Shown here piece after piece: positions 1-11,720 of a stretch of 64,000 nucleotides of DNA (the first letter of the stretch is position 1; each line of letters begins with the position of its first letter). The translations under genes and the position numbers were made by a program. The stretch lies in assembly GCA_036785375.1 (NCBI GenBank), contig JAWMAR010001868.1, positions 62,001 through 126,000 of the forward strand, written 5' to 3'. The DNA is from Leucoraja ocellata. Its lineage: Eukaryota. Below the pieces are notes generated by a model. The model saw nothing but the letters and a program-made list of their open reading frames with translations, did not search any database and had not been told where the DNA came from.

Positions 1-1156
1 CAATCCATGGATATCCAATCTCTCCCTGTGGCTGATCCAGGCAGCATTCTGGTTAACCTGTTTTGTACCCTCTCCAAAACCTCAATTTCTTCCCTTTAAT
101 GGGGCGATCGGATCTGTACTCAATACTCCAATTGCTGCCTCATCAAACTCATATAGAACTGCATCATGTTCCTGACCCTTATGCTCAACACCCCTAGCAA
201 TGAATGCAAGTATACCATACATCCACTTTACCATCTACATGTGCTGTCAACTGCAGCGACCTATGAACTTGGATTCCAAGTGCCCTCAGCACATCCATGT
301 TCTTCAGAATCTAGCAACTTATTGTATAAAACAGCCTATCATTGATGATCATTGAATGGTGGCGACTTCACGTGAATTAAAATGGATTTAAGTTGGTAAG
401 CGAGGATCAAATGTGAGGGAAATACCTTTTCTGATTTAAATGGAAACTGATTATAATATGTTCACTGTGGAGGAATGATGTGTTGTTTCCAAGACCATAT
501 GTAATAACAAAAGGGATTGAAGCATCTTTTATATCAGCGCCAAGCCAAATGTTATTAAGTAACTAAGAAGAGACATTGAGGATATGAGTTGGGAATTGGC
601 TGGGATAGACGGGCAAATTATACTTAGTGTTGATGGTGGAGATGCAATTCCAAATATTTAAAGACTGCATGGATGAACTCCAAAATGTGTTCATCCCCGG
701 CTAGAGAAAGAAATAATATGGGGAAGGCGGCTCAACGTGACTAACGAGGGAAATCAAGGATAGTGTTAAATCCAAGGAAGAGGTTATATAAATTGGCCAG
801 AGGACTGGGAGAAATTTAGAACTCAACAGGGGACGAAAAAAGGGTTAATTAAGGCGGGAAAAGAGAGCATGAAAGAACGCTGGCGTGGAATATCAAAAGT
901 GACTGCAATAGCTTCTTTAGATATGTAAAAAGGAAAAGATCAGTGAAGAAAATGTAGGTCACTTACAATCAGAGACAGGTGAATTTCTAATGGAAAGCAA
1001 GGAAATGGCAGAACAAACAAGTACTTTGGTTCAGTATTTACTAAGGAAGACACAAACAATCTCCCAGAAATACTAGGGGACCGAGGATTTAGTGGGAGGG
1101 AGGAACTGAAGGGAACCCACGTTAGCCAGGAAATGGTGTCATATACAGTAAACTGT

Positions 1157-3605
1157 AACCCTCCACTCCGCTCTGGACCACTTGGACAGCAAAAACTCAT
1201 ATGTCAGACTGTTATTCATCGATTACAGCTCGGCATTTAACACAATCATCCCCTCCAAGCTGGTTACCAAACTCGCAGAACTGGGTCTCTGCGCATCCCT
1301 CTGCAATTGGATCCTCGACTTCCTCATTCACAGACCACAGTCTGTTCGTATTGGTGGAAATGTGTCAGCCTCGATTACAATCAGCACGGGAGCACCTCAA
1401 GGCTGCGTGCTCAGCCCCCCGCTGTACTCACTCTATACTCATGACTGCGTAGCCAGTCAAAGTGCGAACTCCATCCTCAAGTTCGCTGACGACACCACTG
1501 TTGTGGGACGTATCACTGATGGGGATGAGTCAGAGTATAGAACAGAGATCGAGCAACTGTCCATATGGTGCCAGCGCAATAACCTGGCCCTCAACACCAG
1601 CAAAACCAAGGAGGCATAGATCATGCGAGTCTCAGCTTATCCTGATGACAAATGACCTGGCCAAGCACATTGATAGTAACGTCATTACGGATTTAGTTGT
1701 GCTGGACTTTTCTAAAGCATTTGATGTCATCCCACACCAGAGACTGCTTCGGAAGCTTGACTTCTATGATATTCGTTCCAACACGAAACGATGGATTTCC
1801 AGTTTCCTGACATCTTCAGCGTGTGTGTGTGAACGGAAAGAGCTCCAATTGGCATCCAGTGTTGAGTGGTATACCTCAGGGCACAGTACTTGGCCCACAC
1901 CTATTTTTGCTTTACATAAATGACATCCATGAAAAAGTCGCAAGGACGACCAGACTTTTCGCTGATGATTGTTTGCTGTACCGTCCAATTAAGTCAGCTG
2001 ATGATGAAGATGCTCTCCAAAAGGATCTCGACACAATGGTTGAGTGGTCACAACAATGGGGCATGCAGTTCAACCCTTCCAATTGTGAAACCATGCGTGT
2101 CACCAGAAAGAGGAATCCAGGCGAAACATCTTACAATATACTTGGTACCACCCTTGAAGAATCCAAACAAACCAAGTATCTTGGCATCAAATTGCAGAAT
2201 GATCTGCGTTGGAATGGTCACTCATCATGCAACGGTGAAAGCAACAGGCGTCCTAAACTTTCTGAGGCGCAACTTTCATCATTGTTCAATTTCTGTCAAT
2301 GAGAAGCTATACTTCACCCTCGTTAGACCTCATTTGGACTACACAGTTGCAGCATGGGACCCATACACAAATAAAAACATTTCTTCCATCGAACGTGTCC
2401 AAAGACAGGCCGCTCGATTTGTTACTAACACCTATGAGAGAGAAGCGAGTGTCACCAAACTTCTGAATTCTCTGGGGTGGAACCCTCTCCAAGACAGACG
2501 TGAAGCTCACCGTTTGACCTGTTTTTACAAAATGTTAAATGGTCAGCTCGACATAGACTACAAGACCTACACCAAACCCAAACCAATTAGGAGCAGACGA
2601 GGGCATTCGATCCAATTTGTGATCCCAGCTACAAAGACATGTATACAGCAATTCGTTCTTCCCCCGCACAATTAAAGCATGGAATAATCTCCACCCAACT
2701 ATAGTTACCCAACCAGATGCAACTAAATTTAAAGTAGCTCTTTCTTCCTAATAACCCTTTCTGGCTTAATCCCTCCCTTCACCACCTCCAGTTTAAATTC
2801 CAGTTGGAATATTTTGGAGGACCAAGAAACCAAGAACCAAGAACTGATTGTGGACTTTGGAAGGAGTAGGAGGGGAACCCACAGCCCCATTTATATCAAC
2901 TGGTTGAAAGGGTCAAGAGCTTCAAATTCCTGGGCGTGCACATCTCTGAAGATCTTTGTGCGAGAACACTAATGCAATTATCAAGAAAGCTCATCAATGC
3001 CTCTGCTTCCTGACAAGATTACAGAGAGTCGGTTTGTCAAGCAAGACTCTCTCTAACTTCTACAGGTGCACAGTAGAGAGCATGCTGACCGGTTGCATCG
3101 TGGCTTGGTTCGGCAATTTGAGCGCCCTGGAGAGGAAAAGACTACAAAAAGTTGTAAACACTGCCCAGTCCATCATCGGCTCTGACCTTCCTTCCATCGA
3201 GGGGATTTATTGCAGTCGCTGCCTCAAAAAGGCTGGTAGTATCATCAAAGACCCACACCATCCTGGCCACACACTCATCTCCCCTGCTACCTTCAGGTAG
3301 AAGGTACAGGAGCCTGAAGACTGCAACAACCAGGTTCAGGAATAGCTACTTCCCCACAGCCATCAGGCTATTAAACCTGGCTCGAACAAAACTCTGATTA
3401 TTAATAACCCATTTTCTGTTATTTGCACTTTATCAGTTTATTTATTCATGTGTGTATATATTTATATTATGGTATATGGACACATTTATCTGTTTTGTAG
3501 TAAATGCCTACTATGTTCTGTGTGCTGAAGCAAAGCAAGAATTTCATTGTCCTATACAGGGACACATGACTATAAATTCACTTGAACTTGAACTTGAACT
3601 TGAAC
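1157..3605 (+). mobile_element. Rex1/Babar LINE, 5'-truncated, split by a second LINE
   Basis: RT motifs [31 protein letters not shown] (1182-1615); resumes at 2841 (ELIVDF-like, CTVESMLTGCIVAWFG); (CTTGAA)n tail at 3580-3605. Confidence 0.85.
1616..2843 (+). mobile_element. 5'-truncated CR1-clade LINE distinct from the main CR1 family, with (ACCAAGA)n tail
   Basis: SCESQL...LDFSKAFDVIPHQRLL, SGIPQGTVLGP, RLFADDCLLYR, LVRPHLDY...WDPY...IERVQRQAARFV spread over frameshifted ORFs. Confidence 0.8.
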
Positions 3606-4756
3606 TGTTGGGACTGAAGGCAGATAAATCCGCAGGGCCTGATGGTCTGTATCCCAGAGTACTCAGGCAAGTGGCCCTAGAAATTGTGAATGCATTGGTG
3701 ATCATTTTCCAATATTCTCCCGACTGGACCCATTCCTGTGTACTGAAGGGTAGCCGTTGTAACTCCACTTTTTAAGAAAGGAGGGAGAGAGAAAACGGGG
3801 AATTATAGACGTTAGCTTGACATCAGTAGTGGGGAAGATGCTGGAGTCGATTATTGAAGATGTTATAGCAGCGCATTTGGAAAGCAGTGACAGGATTGGT
3901 CAAAGTCTGCATGGATTTATGAAGGGAGATCATGCTTGACTAATCTGGAATTTTTTGAGGATGTAGAATGGATAAGAGAGAGCCAGTGGGTGTGGAGTAT
4001 CTGGGCTTCCAAAAAACCTTTGACAAGGTCCCACGTAAGAGAATAGTGTCCAAAATTAGATCACATGGTAATGGGGGAAGGGTATTGACCTGGATAGAGA
4101 ACAGGTTGGCAGACAGGAAACAAAGAGTAGGAAATAACGGGTCCTTTTCAGAATGCCAGGCAGTGACAAATCGTGCTGGGAACCCAGTTATTTACAATAT
4201 TTATTAACGATTTAGACGAGGGAATTAAATGTGTAATTTCCAAGTTAAGTCTACGGATGACACAAAGCTGGGTGGCAGTGGGAGCTGCGATGAGGATGTT
4301 ATGAGGCTGCAAGGTGACTTAAAATTCCCGGAGGTTGCAGGTGGTTGCCGGAGGTTGCAGGTAGTGGAAGCAGGTAGGGAGACTGACAAAAACCTCCGGG
4401 AACCGCACGGAAACCTTGGGTGGGGCACAAAGTCTCCAGAGATTTCCGTTCAGGTTTCCTAAGTGGAACATGTAGCTCTTAAAACCTATGGAATCAAGGG
4501 ATAAGGGGAAAAAGAAGGAACGGGGTACTGAATTTAAATGATCAGCCATGATTATGTTGAATGGTCCCTGTTCGAAGGGCCGAATGACCTACTCCTGCAC
4601 ATATTTTTCTATGTTTCCTCTATGTTTCTAACACATGACGCGTCAAGTATCAAGAATGTATAATTTTCATAAGTGCCGAGAGCGGTACAATTAAATTCTT
4701 ACTTGGGCCTGGACGTACATGGCAATGGATCGTGCTTGATATATGCGTGCTGTAAT

Positions 4757-4920
4757 GTGTGTGTGTGTTTGTGAGTGTGTGTCTGAGTGTGTGTATGAGT
4801 GTGTGTGCGTGTGTATGTGTGTGTGCGAGTGTGTGCGTGTGTGAGTGTATGTATGTGAGTGTGTGTGTGTCTGAGTGTGTGTGTGTGAGTGTGTGTGTGT
4901 GTGTGTAAGTGTATGTGTGT
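4757..4920. repeat. Imperfect (GT)n microsatellite
   Basis: Direct inspection. Confidence 0.95.
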
Positions 4921-6214
4921 TAATAATGAAAAACCTACAGTGGATGTGTGGAAAGCACTCGATTCCTCCATTGACCTCCATTGACCTCGCTTGCTTAGAC
5001 ATTTCTTCAAGTGGAGATTCAAGTGGACAGCAAAATATTCTGGTGAATCTGTAATATAAATGCACCATTTTATTTGAACAAGATATGATAAAATAGACTC
5101 CCTCGGAGAATCCAGTTGATTCGCGCCAACTGCCAATATTGTTAAAACATATAATCACCGTCGAGAATGATATCTTCATTGCCTTGTTTGTGTTGATCTA
5201 AAAATGGCTGGAAACAGAGATGAGCTGATTTAAATAAACGGTGATTTCAACAGCCCCAGACCCAGGTTCGTTTACTGAAGGACAGAAACAGAAGCAATGT
5301 TTCCCCAGAGGCGGAAAACAGATAAAGTGAGAAAGAAATGCAAATCTCTGAACAGATTACACCAGAGACATTTATTTTAAATTGTCAATGTTCTCTCCTG
5401 TAAAAATAAAGTTGAAGTGCATATGGATGATGTTAGTCAATAATATTTCTACAAAGCTAGGTTTACTGAGAACATGTATCATATCCCTTTATTTACCAAC
5501 AATGGCTGGGATCAATAACATTCTCTGCATACATATGAATGTCACACGTGACAAATTCACAGATGCATAGAAAATACAATGATAAATTAAAATTCAAGTC
5601 ATAGAAGAATACTGTGTTGGAGCGCAGGAAACTTTAATTGCCCGTATGCACCTTAAATTTTCGACACTCCTCGTGTTTTCCTCACAAATCGGTGAACTAC
5701 TGTTTCTATTTATCTCCTCAGGTAACTCTAGTGGATTCTTCTTCAGATATCTCTATTAGATTTTTCGACACCATCCGCCCTACCAGTGTAGTTTGAATCG
5801 TTGAAATATTATCCAACAAATATGCTCATTGGTTGATTGGTTAGAACGTGCCTTCATTCAACTTTGCTCTTTGGAACCAGCATCTGAAAATCAACACTAC
5901 ATGAATCATCCCTAATGCCGATCATTTCTCCAATCACTCCACAGATCTACAATTACCCTCCTGCAATATGCCAACTAATAATTTCCTTCAAATCTCTTAA
6001 TGACATTTTAATAGAACCTTGTGTTTGCTTTGTATCAATTTCCTCTACTGCCTTTGATGTAACTAATCTCGATATTGACATTTTATCTGTACGGCTGTAT
6101 GGTGACCACACATTTCACTGTATCAACTGGGACATGTGACAAATAAATGTATCTGGATATTGGAATGGACAGTCCCAATATTGTTCGAACGGCTCATATT
6201 GATAACTGCGAATG

Positions 6215-6400
6215 TGTAGGAAAGAACTGCAGATGCTGCTTTAAATCGAAGCAAGACACAAAATGCTGGAGTAACTCAGCGGGACAGGCAGCATCTCTGG
6301 AGGTCTGAAGAAGGGTCTCGACCCAAAACGTCAAACATTCCTTCTCTCCAGAGATGCTGCCTGTCCCGCTGAGTTTCTCCAGCATTATGTGTCTACCTAA
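6215..6400 (+). mobile_element. Short Penelope pLTR-derived inverted-repeat element with degenerate hammerhead motif
   Basis: Arms gacacaaaatgctggagtaactcagcgggacaggcagcatctctggag / ctccagagatgctgcctgtcccgctgagtttctccagcattatgtgtc flank CTGAAGA-AGGGTCTCGACCC-AAAACGTC (6305-6332). Confidence 0.7.
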
Positions 6401-6412
6401 CAATGAAGGCAG

Positions 6413-6464
<52 letters not shown>

Positions 6465-6476
6465 GCCTGTCTGTCT
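6413..6476. repeat. (TCTG)n microsatellite
   Basis: Direct inspection. Confidence 0.95.
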
Positions 6477-6687
6477 TTCTTGCTCAAATATTTTTCCTCA
6501 CCTCTCCTCTCTCTCCCTCTCACACACGCAAGCACAAACCCAGAAACATTTTAATATACATTTGAGGAATTCCGAACATATTTTATGAAACAACTGCACT
6601 ATGAAACCAATCTTGAAACCATCTTATTTACAACTATACCATGAGTTTTAAACGTGCTTTTCCACCCCTTACACAATATAAACTTTA

Positions 6688-8606
6688 TAGAAACATAGAA
6701 AATAGGTGCAGGAGTAGGCCATTCGGCCCTTCGAGCCTGCACCGCCATTCAATATCATGGCTGATCATCCAACTCAGTATCCTGTACTTGCCTTCTCCCC
6801 ATACCCCCTGAGACCTTTAGCCACACGGGCCACATCTAACTCCCTATTAAATATAGCCAATGAACTGGCCTCAACTACCTTCTGTGGCAGAGAATTCAGA
6901 GATTCACCACTCTGTTTGAAAAATGTTTTCCTCATCTCGGTCCTAAAAGATTTCCCCCTTATCCTTAAACTGTGACCCCTTGTTCTGGACTTCCCCAACA
7001 TCGGGAACAATCTTCCTGCATCTAGCCTGTCCAACCTCTTAAGAATCTTGTAAGTTTCTATAAGATCCCCCCTCAATCTTCTAAATTCTAGCGAGTACAA
7101 GCCAAGTCTATCCAGTCTTTCTTCATATGAGTCCTGACATCCCAGGAATCAGTCTGGTGAACCTTCTCTGTACTCCCTCTATGGCAAGAATGGCTTTCCT
7201 CAGATTAGGAGACCAACACTGTACGGAATACTCCAGGTGTGGTCTCACCAAGACCCTGTACAACTGCAGTAGAACCTCCCTGCTCCTATACTCAAATCCT
7301 TTTGCTATATATTGCTTATATTTTGCTTATATTGTGTAAGGGGCGGAAAAGCGATATAGTTGGGATCATGGAGACATGGCTCCAGGGTGACCAAGGCTGG
7401 GAGCTGAACATCCAGGGATATTCAATATTCTGGAAGGATAGACAGAAAGGAAAAGTAGGTGGGGTAGCGTTGCTGATTATAGAGGAGATTAACGCAATGG
7501 AAAGGAAGGACATTAGCTTGGCGGATGTAGAATCGGTATGGGTAGAGCTGCGAAACACTAAGGGGCAGAAAGCACTAGTGGGAGTTGTGTACAGGCTACC
7601 TAACAGTAGTAGTGGAGTTGGGGATGGCATCAAACAGGAAATTAGAAATGCATGCAACAAAGGTAAAACAGTTATAATGGGTGACTTCAATCTACATATA
7701 GATTGGGTGAATCAAATTGGCAGGGGTGCTGAGGAAGAGGATTTCTTGGAATGTATGCGGGATAGTTTTCTAAACCAACATGTAGAGGAACCAATGAGAG
7801 AGCAGGCTAGTCTAGACTGGGTATTGAGTAATGAGGAAGGGTTAGTTAGCAATCTTGTTGTACGCGGCCCCTTGGGCAAGAGTGACCATAATATGGTTAA
7901 GTTCTTCATTAGGATGGAGTGTGACATCATTAATTCAGAAACAAGGGTTCTGAACTTAAAGAAAGGTAACTTTGAGGGTGTGATTTGAGTATAGGAGCAG
8001 GGAGGTTCTACTACAGTTGTACAGGGTCTGGTGAGACCACACCTGGAGTATTGCGTACAGTTTTGGTCTCCTAATCTGAGGAAAGACATTTTTGCCATAG
8101 AGGGAGTACAGAGAAGGTTCACCAGACTGATTCCTGGGATGTCAGGACTTTCATAAGAAGAAAGACTGGATAGACTCGGCTTGTACTCGCTAGAATTTAG
8201 AAGATTGAGGAGGGATCTTATAGAAACCTACAAGATTCTTAAGGGGTTGGACAGGCTAGATGCAGGAAGATTGTTCCCGATGTTTGGGAAGTCCAGAACA
8301 AGGGGTCACAGTTTAAGGATAAGGGGGAAATCTTTTAGGACCGAGATGAAAAAAACATTTTTCACAAAGAGAGTGGTGAATCTGTGGAATTATCTGCCAC
8401 AGAAGATAGTAGAGGCCAGTTCATTGGCTATATTTAAGAGGGAGTTAGATGTGGCCCTTGTGGCTAAATGTATCAGGGGGTATGGAGAGAAGGCAGGTAC
8501 AGGATACTGAGTTGCATGATCAGCCATGATCATATTGAATGGCGGTGCAGGCTCGAAGGGCCGAATGGCCTACTCCTGCACCTATTTTCTATGTGTCTAT
8601 GTTTCT
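6688..8606. mobile_element. Rearranged CR1 composite: 3' end (-) 6688-7305, endonuclease piece (+) ~7335-7980, 3' end (+) 7981-8606
   Basis: ORFs 6774..7100(-) and 8181..8510(+) both encode YSLEFRRLR.DLIETYKIL...; APE endonuclease motifs (ETWL, MGDFN, SDHN) in 7239..7988. Confidence 0.9.
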
Positions 8607-8659
8607 AATAGATGTGATAGCGTGAGTCCATGTTGCTGTTGAGTTGGGGGCCGTGTTTC

Positions 8660-8735
8660 AGCTCCGCCCGCTGCACCACTCGGTTTACAAGTCCCGCCCA
8701 CAGCCGCGCCCTCTTTTGCCGGGTATTTAATTCTC
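8660..8735 (+). promoter_or_regulatory. Putative VH promoter: two GC boxes and a TATA-like TATTTAA, no octamer
   Basis: CCGCCC motifs near 8664 and 8694; TATTTAA at 8724-8730, about 100 nt upstream of the leader ATG. Confidence 0.55.
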
Positions 8736-8822
8736 TCTAAGAGGGGCCGAAATCCAACTTCCTTGCAGTTGGTTTGTTGCGAGGTTCTGTACAGAAACAA
8801 CAGGGTCACACTTCCCAGCGGG

Positions 8823-8868
8823 ATGATGTCGGCGGTTTCACTGAGTTTGTTCCTGGCGTTAATAGTCC
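8823..8868 (+). CDS. IgH leader exon (MMSAVSLSLFLALIV, phase 1)
   Basis: ATG 8823, hydrophobic signal peptide, donor C|GTGAGT at 8869, short intron to the V exon. Confidence 0.92.
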
Positions 8869-9041
8869 GTGAGTGATGTTAGACAAATTCCCCACGCAAG
8901 TGTCTCAGTGATGTATCCACTACACCATTCCCCTTCTACCCACTCTAGAACCGTCCCAATTATTTCCTCTTGATAATTAGAGTCGGGGATCAATGGTCAA
9001 TATTTTATCCTCGCCATTCATGCCTTGTTTTTAACTTGCAG

Positions 9042-9397
9042 GTGTCCATTCCGATATCGTTCTAACCCAGCCCAAGACAGAGACGGCCACTCCTGGAGGC
9101 TCCATCACACTGAACTGTAAAATCAGCGGGTTCAGTGTTGGCAGCAAGTGGATGGCTATGGTCCGTCAGGTCCCCGGGCAGGGGCTGGAGTGGCTGCTTC
9201 ACTACCTCTCTCCTGGTAGAGAGTACTTCGCTCCGGGGATAAAGAGCCGATTTACTCCGTCCAACGACAATACGAATAATATCTTCACCGTGACGGCCAG
9301 GAGCCTGAAGGTCGAAGACACGGCTGTCTATTACTGTGCGAGAGGCCAGCAGGGATTGGCTACTGGGGAGGAGGCACCATGTTGACGGTAACCAACG
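9042..9397 (+). CDS. Joined VH-D-JH exon (V 9042-9343; D/N 9344-9355; J 9356-9397), J shifted out of frame
   Basis: Acceptor ttgcag|GT. V translates to [98 protein letters not shown] reads [13 protein letters not shown] (WGxG motif) in another frame, followed by donor G|GTAAGA at 9398. No CACAGTG heptamer follows V. Confidence 0.95.
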
Positions 9398-10639
9398 GTA
9401 AGAAACTTCATCCTATTCAGTATCTAGATGTATCCAGTTGTAATTTTACTCGATATTTCCAATAATTATATTAAATTGTTCTTCTACATTAATGACCCAT
9501 TCATTGCAATGTTGGATCGATGTTGCTTTAGAATGTTATGTGATTCCGCTGCAAGATTCACGATTTAAACTTGCCTTGTGTGCTATGACTTTCGATCCTT
9601 TGACTATGAAACGGATTCGGTTTAAGTTCCTAATTAGTGGGAAAATTAGCATCAATTTGCTTTCACTATGCTTTCTAATTGTTTGAGATTGTTGTGGTCC
9701 TTGATCTGCGATGCATCGAACTGTATTTTCTGATCAACAGCAGGTACTTTGTCTCAGTTTGTTTCTTCTCAGCGCATATGAAACAAACGACACAAACGGA
9801 TAAATCCTGGGTGTAAAATGTTCAAGTTTTTAAAGTGTATGTATTAATTGGTGGATCACCTTGCCAACTTTAATCCAATCGCTAACAAAACTTGCATGGA
9901 AGAAGTAAAATGTTCTTGCAGCAAAACACAGACAGCAAGGTTCAGCGTCAGTTATATATCTTGAAGTACAATGAATAGGGAGGAACTGTGGATGCTGATT
10001 TATGCTGCCGATTGACACAAAGCTGGAGTAACTCTGCTTCTCCCGCTGAGTTACTACAACTTGTTTTGTCTATCTTGAAGTACAATGAGTTGGCCATGTG
10101 AACCAATGATACAGCAAAGCTAAGAAAGCAAAGTCCGTGAAACGCGATCTACAGAATGACAATGTACCGGGTGTAATGGGGGACAGAGGAACTAGCGTGA
10201 CGGAGGAACTGAATGAAATTCACATTATATGGAAATGTTATCTATGTAATCCACGTGTATTGTGTTATTCCTCGTTATTTCAACAATGATTGGCTCGGTG
10301 GTCAATGGAACAATGAATTTCGGTGGTCTTTGGACAGAGATATTTGGATTTTTGTGAAGAGTTTCAGCAAATTTGTGTTGAGCGATTGATCCCATCGGCG
10401 GTGTGATTCAGCCGGTCATTGTGGGAGACGATATTTGGTGCGCAATTGGACGTGTTTGTACGTTCCATTCGATTGGCAGCGACCGGGTATTGCTGTTGTA
10501 TGAAGTGTCCGATTCGGTTATTTCAATAAACGCAAAGAAGATATATGTTTAAAAATAAAAATAACAAGAAATTATTAGAAATCATAAATAGGAAGAGTAA
10601 ATGTTGCAAACACATAGAGGGTCACGCAGCCTGTGGCGA

Positions 10640-10920
10640 AAGACAAATCCCATAGAGGGGAGCCGAATGACAGCTGGTAGCGCCAGAGACACGACTTCGT
10701 TCCTGAAATCAGGTGCAGACTGAGAACTGTGCGTTCTCCCTGCGGTTTGTTACTGGTTCTCTGCTTTCCTCCCACAACCCAAAGGAGTGCAGGTTTGCAG
10801 GTTAATTGACCCGGGTGATTGACCCGGGTGGGTCGGGGGTGAGATAACGTGGAACTTGTGTGTCGCCGTGGATTTGGTTGGCAGAAGGATCTATTTCTAT
10901 GCTATATCTCTAATCGAAAC
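10640..10920 (+). mobile_element. Degenerate tRNA-derived V-SINE (HE1-like)
   Basis: Resembles the better-preserved copy at 47297-47605 (cagcgccagagac..., ttctccc...ttcctcccaca...ggttaattg). Confidence 0.6.
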
Positions 10921-11720
10921 CGAATTCGCCATGGTTTATTCTCCCAACGATAGTCGACCTGGCAAATGCTTGCTTTCCTCTTTCCACAAATGCTGCCTAA
11001 CCCAATGACCCATTTCTCTGTTTTATGTCAAAGATCACGAGTTTTCCCATTTGGAAAATGCGTTGAATGTAAAACGGGGAGATTTCGGAACAGCTGCAGT
11101 TCTTGAATAATTTGTAATCCGTGGATTTATTAGAAAGAGAATTTGAATTCGTGTTTGTCTATGGGTCCCAATATCGTTTAAACAAAATGTTCCTCGATTT
11201 ACTGAATTGCTAATGAAAAATGTCCGTTTTACGAATAGTTGCGGTAAAAAAAATGAGAGATTGGGAAAAATGGAATGTTGGAAACGGAATTTTCTTTGTT
11301 AATTTAGACAATAGAGGCCATTCGGTCCTTCGAGCTAGCACCGCCATTTAATGTGATGGCTGATCTTCCCCAATCAGTCCCCCTTCCTGCCTTCTCCCCA
11401 TATCCACTGACTACTCTATCTTAATTTTAATTACAAAACAGGGTATCCCATTAATCATTGAACAGAGTGCGAATTGAAATCCATGGCTTAAAGGAGGGTT
11501 TGAGTGGCGTTCAAATTTACATTTGCATTTATTTAATTAAGACATTGATTTAGCAACATTGTGCATTTTCACTATTCTAAGTAAACTTCCTCTATATGAA
11601 TGAAAGCCTTTTCCTGTTAAAGTCACGAAGCAAACTCAGATATGTTTTAATAGATTGCAGGTTATAATTTATAATTGGTATATTTGATATTCGTTTCCTA
11701 TCGGACAGTGATACAATGTT

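Larger units (their letters stand above)
550..4630 (+). mobile_element. Degraded CR1 LINE hosting nested insertions
   Basis: CR1 ORF2-like sequence at 550-1155 resumes at 3606 (LLGLKADKSAGPDGLYPRVL); ends in a (TTTCTATG)-like tail near 4610-4630. Confidence 0.8.

Noticed and set aside
4691-5179. His/Thr-rich ORFs
   Set aside because: Translation of a (CA)n microsatellite.
9388-9393. Alternative donor GTAACC rescuing the VDJ frameshift
   Set aside because: It lies downstream of the in-frame stop at 9383-9385.
10345-10425. GATTTTTGT and CATTGTG as an RSS of a leftover D or J segment
   Set aside because: Spacing (~60 bp) fits neither 12 nor 22/23, and no WGxG J sequence follows.
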